From assembly GCA_019057385.1 (NCBI GenBank), contig JAHQJS010000004.1, positions 662,508 to 726,507 of the forward strand: a stretch of 64,000 nucleotides of DNA. The letters are read 5' to 3'. Both the position numbers and the translations under genes were made by a program. The stretch is from Candidatus Borrarchaeum weybense (GTDB lineage Archaea; Asgardarchaeota; Sifarchaeia; Borrarchaeales; Borrarchaeaceae). Of this stretch, positions 29,378 to 37,563 are shown in pieces. Positions within the stretch are counted from its first letter, which is position 1; each line of letters starts with the position of its first letter. Under the pieces are notes generated by a model. The model did no database searches. It was not told the DNA's origin and saw only the letters and a list, made by a program, of their open reading frames with translations.

Positions 29378-30127
29378 ATGAAGGTCGCAATAATTGATGG
29401 AACAGATATACGAGGAGTAGGTTTAGCTTTACGCTGGGCAAAAAACAGTGATATAAATCTCCTTATCGGATCCAAAGATGAAAATGCTGCAATTAAGGTC
29501 GCAGCAGAAATTCGAAAAACTACAGGTGCGTCCCAAGATCGTGTTACTGCCATGTCAATTATTGACGCTGCAAAAAATGCAAATATAGTTGTTTTAACAG
29601 TCCCATTTCGAGAACAAATTTCTACACTCGAAGAAGTAAAAGACTATCTAAAGAAGAATACCCTACTGATAGATACAACGCTCCCAATAGAAGTGGATGA
29701 TGACGGTGAACCGGTTTTTGTGCAAGTTGAGGCAGGTTCTTGTGCCCAACAGGCAAATCAGATAGTGGGAGATAGCGTAAAAGTTGTTTCCGCCTTTAAA
29801 CCTCTTGGAGCTGAGTGTCTCTCCAATCTGGATGAAGAATTAACATGTGATGTTATTGTTTGTAGTGATCATGACGACGCGAGAAAAATTGGAGTACATC
29901 TAGTAGAGAAACTCTCATCAACACTAAAGATTACAGAAGGTCCTCTTTCTTTTGACCATCTCTCAGAAAAACTGGTTGCCACGCTGATCAACTGGAATAA
30001 AAAGTGGGGGCAGTTATGCAACGTCATACGAGTTCCAATGGAAGGCGTTGAAGGATCGATGTGTAGTTGTTTGAATCCCTTCCTTAAGTTGTGTCCGAAT
30101 AGAGGCATAAAATGTCTGTCTATATGA
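29378..30127 (+). CDS. NADPH-dependent F420 reductase (NpdG-like), divergent
   Basis: KVAIIDGTDIRGVGLALRWA (degenerate Rossmann motif), VVLTVPF, GSCAQQ, VVSAF, CDVIVCSD. Confidence 0.75.
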   Translation: MKVAIIDGTDIRGVGLALRWAKNSDINLLIGSKDENAAIKVAAEIRKTTGASQDRVTAMSIIDAAKNANIVVLTVPFREQISTLEEVKDYLKKNTLLIDTTLPIEVDDDGEPVFVQVEAGSCAQQANQIVGDSVKVVSAFKPLGAECLSNLDEELTCDVIVCSDHDDARKIGVHLVEKLSSTLKITEGPLSFDHLSEKLVATLINWNKKWGQLCNVIRVPMEGVEGSMCSCLNPFLKLCPNRGIKCLSI

Positions 30128-30144
30128 AAAAATAACGATAATTT

Positions 30145-30915
30145 GTGTTTGAGGCAGAAGATTGTATGAATGATCATTTATCACAATTAGAAGATCGATT
30201 TCTGGTCCTTTTATATAAAAACGCAGGTATTTTTCCGCTTTATGAACGAATGGACTTTGGCAAGACGGAGCTTTCGCTAGGTAAATTGATTTTCTGGTAC
30301 GCTGGAAAACTTGAAATCGGAACAAAAACTCTTCTAAGGACATTGAAGAGTCTTGAAGAAAGAGGAATCATTGAAAGGAAGGACTGTGCAAGAAAACGTT
30401 CTTTATTAATGAGATACATCCTCACAAAAAAGGGAAGGGAACTGGCAATTCAATTTATGACAAGATTAGAAGCAGCATGCTCCAAAGCGTCAGAATGCTA
30501 TATCAAAGTATTAACAAAGACAGAGAGCAGTGAAGGTGCAGAACAGCCACTTTTTGCGATAAAAAAGGGACATATATTAGCAATCGAGAACGTTACAGTA
30601 AAGAAAGAATTCACAGGGGGCACAGAGTTCGTTATTACATTTGGAGACACGCTTGTAGTTACAGTTAGAACGAAACATGCAGCGCATGAGGTTTTCATAA
30701 AAGGACTTACTTACGACGCTAAGTCTTTTGAGAAGGCAAAACGATATGCACTTGTCATTTTACGGCAGAGACGCAATTCCAAAAGAAATCAAATATCTTC
30801 TAAATTTGTTCCTCTCACTCCCATCTCAGGGGACTATCTTTCAAGAAAGCTACCTTTACGGCAAAAAACTAAAAAACTTCTCGAAGAATGGAAGCGACAT
30901 ACGATTCCTTTCTAG
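30145..30915 (+). CDS. Winged-helix (MarR/PadR-like) domain protein with unknown C-terminal domain
   Basis: TLLRTLKSLEERGIIER...YILTKKGRE; start may be ATG at 30166. Confidence 0.65.
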   Translation: MFEAEDCMNDHLSQLEDRFLVLLYKNAGIFPLYERMDFGKTELSLGKLIFWYAGKLEIGTKTLLRTLKSLEERGIIERKDCARKRSLLMRYILTKKGRELAIQFMTRLEAACSKASECYIKVLTKTESSEGAEQPLFAIKKGHILAIENVTVKKEFTGGTEFVITFGDTLVVTVRTKHAAHEVFIKGLTYDAKSFEKAKRYALVILRQRRNSKRNQISSKFVPLTPISGDYLSRKLPLRQKTKKLLEEWKRHTIPF

Positions 30916-30967
30916 CGCACATTACTTAAGATGTTGTATTGAAAAAAAGGATAAATGACAACATGTT

Positions 30968-31804
30968 CTATTGAGCCCGTGGGTATGAACCTAGGATATA
31001 CAGGAACGACGTCAGTTCTTTGAGTTCCTCAAGAGCATCACTAAATTTTTTATCCTCAATGTGTCCTCCAAAATCCAGAAAGAAGATATAGTCACCAAAT
31101 TTCTTTTTTGAAGGGCGTGATTCGATTTTTGTCAAATCTATATTCCTTTCCGCAAAGGGACGAAGCGTCTCGAAAAGAACGCCAGGTCTATTGATAATTC
31201 CATATACAATAGATGTTTTATCATTGCCTGTTGGTTTCTTTAGTTCTTTGCCCACGATAACGAACCGCGTAACGTTGTTTTCCGCATCCTGAATATTTTC
31301 GTCTAAAATCTTGAGTTGATATTTTATCGCTGCTCTTTTTGACGTAATAGCCGCAGCATTTTCGTAGATGCCTCCAGCCACTTTAAGTGCCGCTTCAGTG
31401 GTAGAAGCTGCTGCTAATACTTCTGCCATTGGATAGTTTTTGTTGATGTATGACTTACATTGTGAGAGTGCCTGTGGATGTGAGATAATGGTCGTTATTC
31501 TCTCAGATAGATCTGTAGCTAAAACATGGGCAATGGGAAGTAAGATCTCTCCAACTACTTTGATATTTTCGTTAACAAGTGAATCCAATGTAGAAGTAAC
31601 TGAACCCTGTAAAGAGTTCTCAATGGGGACTACTCCAAATTCGCAAATGTTTTTTGCAACAGAATTAACTACAGCTTCAATTGTTCTGTAAAACTTGAAA
31701 TGGGTCTCATCAAAAACCGTTAATGCTGCAGCTTCAGTATAAGTTCCTCTAGGGCCGAAAACCCCAACTTTTTCATTTTCAGAAAAGACGATACCCCTGC
31801 ATAT
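30968..31804 (-). CDS. pheA: Prephenate dehydratase with ACT domain
   Basis: Frame extends upstream of the track start through VGVFGPRGTYTEAA and VVPIENSLQGSV; SHPQALSQC, NVTRF, LTKIESRP; true start codon unclear. Confidence 0.92.
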   Translation of the reverse strand: MCRGIVFSENEKVGVFGPRGTYTEAAALTVFDETHFKFYRTIEAVVNSVAKNICEFGVVPIENSLQGSVTSTLDSLVNENIKVVGEILLPIAHVLATDLSERITTIISHPQALSQCKSYINKNYPMAEVLAAASTTEAALKVAGGIYENAAAITSKRAAIKYQLKILDENIQDAENNVTRFVIVGKELKKPTGNDKTSIVYGIINRPGVLFETLRPFAERNIDLTKIESRPSKKKFGDYIFFLDFGGHIEDKKFSDALEELKELTSFLYILGSYPRAQ

Positions 31805-31871
31805 TCAATCCTCCGTATACAGCAGAAATATCGCATTAGGTTATCCCTTAAATAGTTTTCTAAGGGGATTA

Positions 31872-32984
31872 TCATTTTCTCTTTTTCTTCTTAAATTCCT
31901 TAACGATTTCGATATACTCTTTTACGGGAATGACATTTGGCTTCCGACGAAACCCTGCAGGTATGGTTGCATCACAACGAGAACAGAGGTTTGAACTTTT
32001 CTGCCAATCCTTGAATTCATCAGCATGTGCTGGATATCGACAATGAGGACAAAGAACAACGCCACGATCCTTATCTTCGGATTTAAAATCTTGAAAGCAA
32101 AATATGCATTTGAAATCTTCCAATGTCAGTATCCCTGCTTTCGGTTTGAGTTTTTCGAATTTTTCACTCATTTTAGGTTTTGTTTTCCGTTTAGTTTTCT
32201 TCCTAGTTGGAGTTGTAACTGCTGTTGTTGTTTTCTTGGTAGTTGATCTTTTCTTCTTGGTGGTTGGTGAGGTACTACGAGTTCTTGTCGTTGTTGAGGT
32301 GGTAGTTGTGATGGTAGTTGATCTTCCACCCCTAGGAGTTGTTGACGAACTGCCTGTCGTGCTACCGGTACTACTACTTTCAGGTATGTCTCTGCGAATA
32401 ACTGTTGAAATGTCAGGGATTGCAGATTTTCCACCGAATATCCCAAATACGATCAATAAAAGCAATGAGATAATACCCAGTAGCCAAAACATTAAACCAG
32501 AGAAGAATTCCAACGCGAAATAAAATCCAAGGATTGTAATTAAAAAACTTAGAAGAATGCCAAATTTGCGGGCACTAAATGATTTCTGTCCAATATAAAC
32601 CACTGCATATCTTTGGAGACAAGAATAAAGTATGAATAAGCCATACATAAGATACGGAACTGCAAAAATGAATGTCCACGGACTCAATTGTACTGTTGAA
32701 GTCTCCAGAAGATTCCCTCTGAGTAAACCTGTAGAACGTCCCCACAAACTGTAAAGTATTCCTATAAACAGAGGACCAAAAACAAAGAACGAAGTATTAT
32801 GCGGTGAGCGAAATTCACGAGCATATTTTACCCTAATTACGAATGCTAAGGTAAAACATATCCAACATCCAACAGCTAGCCAAGAAACGAACACATCTGT
32901 TGAGTTTTCAATTCCCATGCCATGTACAACTGCAGTAATTAGGCTCGCCAGTAATATGATGGCATACCATCGCTTTTGTACCAA
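31872..32984 (-). CDS. Multi-pass membrane protein with Thr/Lys-rich linker and C-terminal RING-variant zinc finger (putative E3)
   Basis: About 6 TM helices, T/K-rich tract, CIFC...VVLCPHCRYPAHADEF...CSRC; last gene of the ubiquitin operon. Confidence 0.75.
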   Translation of the reverse strand: MVQKRWYAIILLASLITAVVHGMGIENSTDVFVSWLAVGCWICFTLAFVIRVKYAREFRSPHNTSFFVFGPLFIGILYSLWGRSTGLLRGNLLETSTVQLSPWTFIFAVPYLMYGLFILYSCLQRYAVVYIGQKSFSARKFGILLSFLITILGFYFALEFFSGLMFWLLGIISLLLLIVFGIFGGKSAIPDISTVIRRDIPESSSTGSTTGSSSTTPRGGRSTTITTTTSTTTRTRSTSPTTKKKRSTTKKTTTAVTTPTRKKTKRKTKPKMSEKFEKLKPKAGILTLEDFKCIFCFQDFKSEDKDRGVVLCPHCRYPAHADEFKDWQKSSNLCSRCDATIPAGFRRKPNVIPVKEYIEIVKEFKKKKRK

Positions 32985-33024
32985 TATTCCTTTACCACCA
33001 TTCTTCTAATGAATTATTTCTTAA

Positions 33025-33801
33025 TTAATCATCATCATATTCAAGATAGAGTGCTTTTCCCTCTGATATCGGGTTTATAAACTCCAAAAGTTCCGGTAGT
33101 AAACGCATATCCAACTGGCCTTTAACATCAAAAGGCACCTCAAACCACGAACGTGATTTTAAATCCGCCTTGAAGATCTTGAAGCCTAATGATTTGCCGT
33201 CAATTAAGTAAGGGTCAATTACGAGAGCAAGCGATTTAGGCCATAGTTTCTGGTATCTGATCTGGGTATCGAAATCATCCGTGCTCATAAAAAGTCCATA
33301 AGATGGGTGAGAATGATACCAACCGCAAATGAATAAGTTGTTCTTTTTGATATCGTTGAAAGCCCTCACGTAATTTTTATAATCCTTGATTTCAGCAGAA
33401 ACGGCTGATCCATGTCCCATCGGATAAGCGTCTTCTATTTGAACTATAAGACCGTTATCATCTAATTTACCTGCTAGAAGTCCAATAACTTCTATCCATT
33501 GATTCTTTGGAATTCTGGAATTGGCATATTTGAATGAATGGCTTGCAATTTTGAGAATCGTCGTGACCGAAATGGTTATTGTTTCCTTATCTCTTACAGG
33601 TTCAGTAGTGACAAGTTCTTGAGTTGATATTTCTTCAGTCTCTAATTCATCATCAGGTCGGACAGTAATCTCTTCTCGGAGTTCCTCGGACATCAATAGT
33701 TCACTGCGGATTTCTTCAAGAAGTTGTTTTTTTAATTCTTCTTTGATTTTCTTTTTCAAGTCTTCTAAATCCAAAGCGTCTTTTGGTCCGTCACTATTCA
33801 T
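33025..33801 (-). CDS. JAMM/MPN+ metallo-isopeptidase (Rpn11/CSN5-like)
   Basis: EVIGLL, GWYHSHPSYGLFMSTDD (HxH-x7-S-x2-D), ALVIDP. Confidence 0.93.
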   Translation of the reverse strand: MNSDGPKDALDLEDLKKKIKEELKKQLLEEIRSELLMSEELREEITVRPDDELETEEISTQELVTTEPVRDKETITISVTTILKIASHSFKYANSRIPKNQWIEVIGLLAGKLDDNGLIVQIEDAYPMGHGSAVSAEIKDYKNYVRAFNDIKKNNLFICGWYHSHPSYGLFMSTDDFDTQIRYQKLWPKSLALVIDPYLIDGKSLGFKIFKADLKSRSWFEVPFDVKGQLDMRLLPELLEFINPISEGKALYLEYDDD

Positions 33802-33812
33802 TTAAATCGCCT

Positions 33813-34349
33813 CTACCATTTTTTGTTGGCAAATTTTTTGGTCAAATGTTTTACTTTTTTATTAAAGTTCTTTGGGTCATTTATAAGCTCAAGTGCAGCC
33901 TTCTTGTTAAAAACGTCTGTTGGATTAACATAATACCCCTTTGTATTCAACATTGCACGAATTGCTTGTATAACAGTTACAATGGTTTTTGATGGACTCC
34001 ACCCGCCTTTTTTCCCAACATAATTCGGATCTATAAGACCAAGACAGATATTTCGCTGTCCTGGATATTCGTGAGGTTTAGGCCAAAAATTCGGATGCCA
34101 AATACCAGTATGCATGCGCATAAATGGAGGGTGACGTGGATAATCTGGAGGGAATTTAATTTCAAGTTTGAATAACCCACCTTGATATGGGGTTCCCTTG
34201 GGACCAATTAGCGTGATAGCAAGGTGATCTATGCTTTTTTGACCTGGAAACGGTTTTAATTGCGCTATTACACCTTCTTTCAGCATTTTTTTAAGTGCTG
34301 CATTATCTTGCGAAATTCGACTACTTCTAACACTCATTTTTTTCACCAT
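33813..34349 (-). CDS. Ubiquitin-conjugating enzyme E2 (UBC fold)
   Basis: GPKGTPYQGGLFKLEIKFPPDYP, WHPN, NICLGLI catalytic Cys, WSPS. Confidence 0.95.
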   Translation of the reverse strand: MVKKMSVRSSRISQDNAALKKMLKEGVIAQLKPFPGQKSIDHLAITLIGPKGTPYQGGLFKLEIKFPPDYPRHPPFMRMHTGIWHPNFWPKPHEYPGQRNICLGLIDPNYVGKKGGWSPSKTIVTVIQAIRAMLNTKGYYVNPTDVFNKKAALELINDPKNFNKKVKHLTKKFANKKW

Positions 34350-34420
34350 TTATAATAATCATATCTGTTTTTCTACGCTGTCAAAACATCAAATAGAGAC
34401 TTTTTACAACCATTTGCAAT

Positions 34421-35653
34421 TTAACTGATATGTAACGTTATGAAAAGTTCCCCATTTTTAAATCCCGCAGCAGTAACGAGTTCAAGATCTCTTAATTCGT
34501 TTTGATAAGGCGTACCATCTTGATCTACTTCTAATACATTGTCAAAATCCATTATTGTCAAAATAGGCTCCATTTCAGGGTCTATTACAAACCCCTTTTT
34601 AATAAGTGAACTAATTATTTCGCTGCAAGGGTCAGCACGGCTCATTGTGATATCAATTCTTCGAACATTATCACCGCACTGTCTGCATTGGGGATTTCGA
34701 TTCTTTCCTATTGAATATAACTTCATAGTCATTGCATTGAATATTTTGTATGATTTAACCGGTTCACCAAGACTTTTATTTCCTTTTATTGTGTGTAAGA
34801 TTTTGATAACTTCGTGAGACTGGAGGGCACTAATCACGGCGTTCATAGTTATAATGCCAGGATCATGTATATCGATAAGCTGAACGATTTCGGCTCGTGA
34901 AAACAACGGCAGGAAATTATGGCGTTCTGCGAGTTCATTCGCTTCTTTCTGAATAAAACTGATGTGTTCAATGTTTTTAGGATCTGCTTCGTCAAGCTCG
35001 AACTGTTCCATAAGGGATAGATATGCTTTAAAAACGCAATGGACTCTTTTTCGTGGAACTCCAACGACCGTACACGCTGCCATGTCATCCATTTCAGCCT
35101 CAGGCATTGGGTAGCACTCAAAACATGCGTTTTCATAGGGGAAAATCGTGTAAACATGACCATGAAATCCCACAACACCTCCATCAACGAGTGGTTTATT
35201 GAAGCGCACACACTGTGCATTCAGGTTAAACCGGGCATTCATTGAGTCCAGTCCACCGACAACAACATCCGCTGCGTCATAGATTGCGGGATCAAGTCTC
35301 TCAAGTGAGGTGTGGTAACCCTTGATCTTGATGTTCCGATTGATCTCGGTTAATTTTTTAGCGGCGACTGTAGCTTTAGGTTCCCCCATTTTGGCACCAA
35401 CAAAGAGGATCTGTCGATTTAAGTTTGAATGTTCGATTACATCCAAGTCAATGAGGTCTAGATGCCCGATACCCAGCATGGCGAGATTTTTGGCGATCTC
35501 ACAACCGAGACCGCCCACCCCTGCAATCAGAACTCGTGAATTCTTAATAATTTTCTGATCCCAACCATCGAGCCTGAATTGCCGATCGTATAATTCCCGT
35601 TCTTCTGAAGTTAAATCTTCACTAAAGAAATCTGAATTTTCCAATTTTTTCAC
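34421..35653 (-). CDS. Ubiquitin-activating enzyme E1 (ThiF/UBA family, Uba3-like)
   Basis: YDRQ, GVGGLGCE, DLDVIEHSNLNRQ, CFEC/CRQC Zn pairs, AACT catalytic Cys. Confidence 0.93.
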   Translation of the reverse strand: MKKLENSDFFSEDLTSEERELYDRQFRLDGWDQKIIKNSRVLIAGVGGLGCEIAKNLAMLGIGHLDLIDLDVIEHSNLNRQILFVGAKMGEPKATVAAKKLTEINRNIKIKGYHTSLERLDPAIYDAADVVVGGLDSMNARFNLNAQCVRFNKPLVDGGVVGFHGHVYTIFPYENACFECYPMPEAEMDDMAACTVVGVPRKRVHCVFKAYLSLMEQFELDEADPKNIEHISFIQKEANELAERHNFLPLFSRAEIVQLIDIHDPGIITMNAVISALQSHEVIKILHTIKGNKSLGEPVKSYKIFNAMTMKLYSIGKNRNPQCRQCGDNVRRIDITMSRADPCSEIISSLIKKGFVIDPEMEPILTIMDFDNVLEVDQDGTPYQNELRDLELVTAAGFKNGELFITLHIS

Positions 35654-35672
35654 CAGTCTCTATTTTGATTGA

Positions 35673-35695
35673 AAAGTACGAAATATTCGTACTTT
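35673..35695. promoter_or_regulatory. 10-bp inverted repeat between the Ubl and E1 genes
   Basis: AAAGTACGAA-ATA-TTCGTACTTT. Confidence 0.45.
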
Positions 35696-35768
35696 CTTGA
35701 GAAGATATAAAAAAATGTTTAAAAGAAAGTGCTCTGTAGTTTTTTGAAAAATGAAGATTGAATTAAAT

Positions 35769-36107
35769 TCAACCTGCTGTGCTTGCTGGAATTAAGAGGA
35801 CGGTATCTCCGTCGTTGATCTTATACTCAACTAAAGCACTATCCTCATCCATCGTAACGCCGTCATGACTTAAATGAAAGTCTGTTGGGGTCAATCCAAA
35901 CATGTTAGAAACCGTTTCTTTAACGTCTCCCACTCGATACCCGGTATCTACAAGCAACTTCTGCTTCTTCTCACCGGGACCAATTGTTGACATGAAGTAG
36001 ACGTTGACTTTCTCCCCTTCAACAATGGGGCTTGATGGCGTTTTTGAACTGATATCTTCGGGCTTTTTCTCTTCTGGTTCAAGCTCTTCATCAAATTCTT
36101 CAGACAT
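35769..36107 (-). CDS. Ubiquitin-like protein with acidic N-terminal extension, ending STAG
   Basis: Beta-grasp pattern RVGDVKETVS...HLSHDGVTMDEDSALVEYKINDGDTVLLIP; directly upstream of E1. Confidence 0.9.
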   Translation of the reverse strand: MSEEFDEELEPEEKKPEDISSKTPSSPIVEGEKVNVYFMSTIGPGEKKQKLLVDTGYRVGDVKETVSNMFGLTPTDFHLSHDGVTMDEDSALVEYKINDGDTVLLIPASTAG

Positions 36108-36334
36108 TTTATACCACCTTATTTTGTAACACAGCCCAAGAAGAAAATGGCACCTAGATACTTAAATATTTTTAAATTCCTAAAATTTAGCATTTGAAAA
36201 TTCACAACTACTTGAAGTTCCCTCTTACAACTCAATACTCTAGAACTCTCGAAAATGATTTCAATTTCACAAAACACATAGAACGATATTAAATCAATCG
36301 TTATATTAACAAGTCTAGTTATGATAAAGAGAGC

Positions 36335-37522
36335 GTGACCCCATTGACTGATGATACTCCTCCCAAAACCCAAATCAGCGAGAAAGTACCAGATAAAAAG
36401 GTACTTGAGGAACTTAAGAAAGAAAGGGAAAAACTGGAAGAAGAGCGTAAAAAGTTAGAAAGGGAACGAAATGAATTGGAAAAAAGTATCAAGAAGTTTG
36501 AAAGTTACCACGTAACTATCGAAGATCTTGAAAAAAAGAGAAAAGATCGTGAGAATGAACTTAAAGATCTTTTAAAAGAAAGGGATCGCTTAAGAAGTGA
36601 GTTGGACACGCTTAAGAATGGGGTTTTATTAGAGAAAAAGCGGATTTCCGATGAAAAAAGATACATTAATATTGAGAAGGAGAAGATCCACAAACAAAAT
36701 GAAGACCTTGCCAAAGAACTTAGAAAGCAAAATGAAGAACTTGCTAAGGAAATCAACGCGAAGAATACCGAATTACACAACATTGAAGCAAGAAGTCGGA
36801 AAGAGGAGGATCGTATACGCGAGTTAAGAAAAGAAATCTCACGGTTGGAAAATAGCAGTAATTCTTTACAAAACAAAATTAACAACTTAGAAAACGAAAA
36901 AAATCGGCTTGAAACCGATAAGAAACGATTAGAACAAGATAGGAAGAATTTAAGAGACGAAGTTGATAAAATTAAAAAAGATTCTGAACTTGAGAAGAAG
37001 CGGATTTCTGACGAGAAAAAACAAATTGATAAAGATAAAGAGAAACTTCAGAAGAAAGACAAAGAGCTAGATCGGAATGAAAAAGCATTATGGCGCAAGA
37101 AAAAACAAATTGATGACGACATACAAGATCTAGAACGACATCGAAGAAAAGAGGATGATCGACTTCGTGAATTGAATAAAACGACATCAAATTTAGAAAA
37201 CAATAGGCAATCTTTGCAACGAGAAATTAGAGATTTAAAAGATGAAATAAAAAAATTGAATAATGAGAAAAAGCGATTAGAACAAGACAGAAAGCAAGCA
37301 TTAGAAGACTTAAAACGACAAGAAGCGGAAGTTCAAAAGGAAAAACGCGAAATAGAACATGAAAAGAGAAAGATTAGAGAAGAAAAAAATAGCATCAAAA
37401 ATGAACGGGAAAAATTGAAACGAGAAAAAGAAAGTCTGGAAAGAGAACGAAAGAGACTAGAAGAAGAAATTAGAAAACTGAAGAGTATACCAAAAGAAAA
37501 AATAAGGACTAAAACTCCTTGA
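36335..37522 (+). CDS. Long charged coiled-coil protein with an internal duplication of about 120 aa
   Basis: E/K/R-rich heptads; LEKKRISDEK...RKE(E/D)DR.REL...KKRLEQDRK occurs twice. Confidence 0.85.
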   Translation: MTPLTDDTPPKTQISEKVPDKKVLEELKKEREKLEEERKKLERERNELEKSIKKFESYHVTIEDLEKKRKDRENELKDLLKERDRLRSELDTLKNGVLLEKKRISDEKRYINIEKEKIHKQNEDLAKELRKQNEELAKEINAKNTELHNIEARSRKEEDRIRELRKEISRLENSSNSLQNKINNLENEKNRLETDKKRLEQDRKNLRDEVDKIKKDSELEKKRISDEKKQIDKDKEKLQKKDKELDRNEKALWRKKKQIDDDIQDLERHRRKEDDRLRELNKTTSNLENNRQSLQREIRDLKDEIKKLNNEKKRLEQDRKQALEDLKRQEAEVQKEKREIEHEKRKIREEKNSIKNEREKLKREKESLERERKRLEEEIRKLKSIPKEKIRTKTP

Positions 37523-37563
37523 AAGTTATTTTTATGACAGTTATTTGACAAAAAGCAAGTGGT

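Noticed and set aside
33700-33790. JAMM N-terminal helix resembling the VASP tetramerisation domain
   Set aside because: A generic charged coiled coil explains it, and the similarity cannot be judged without a profile search.
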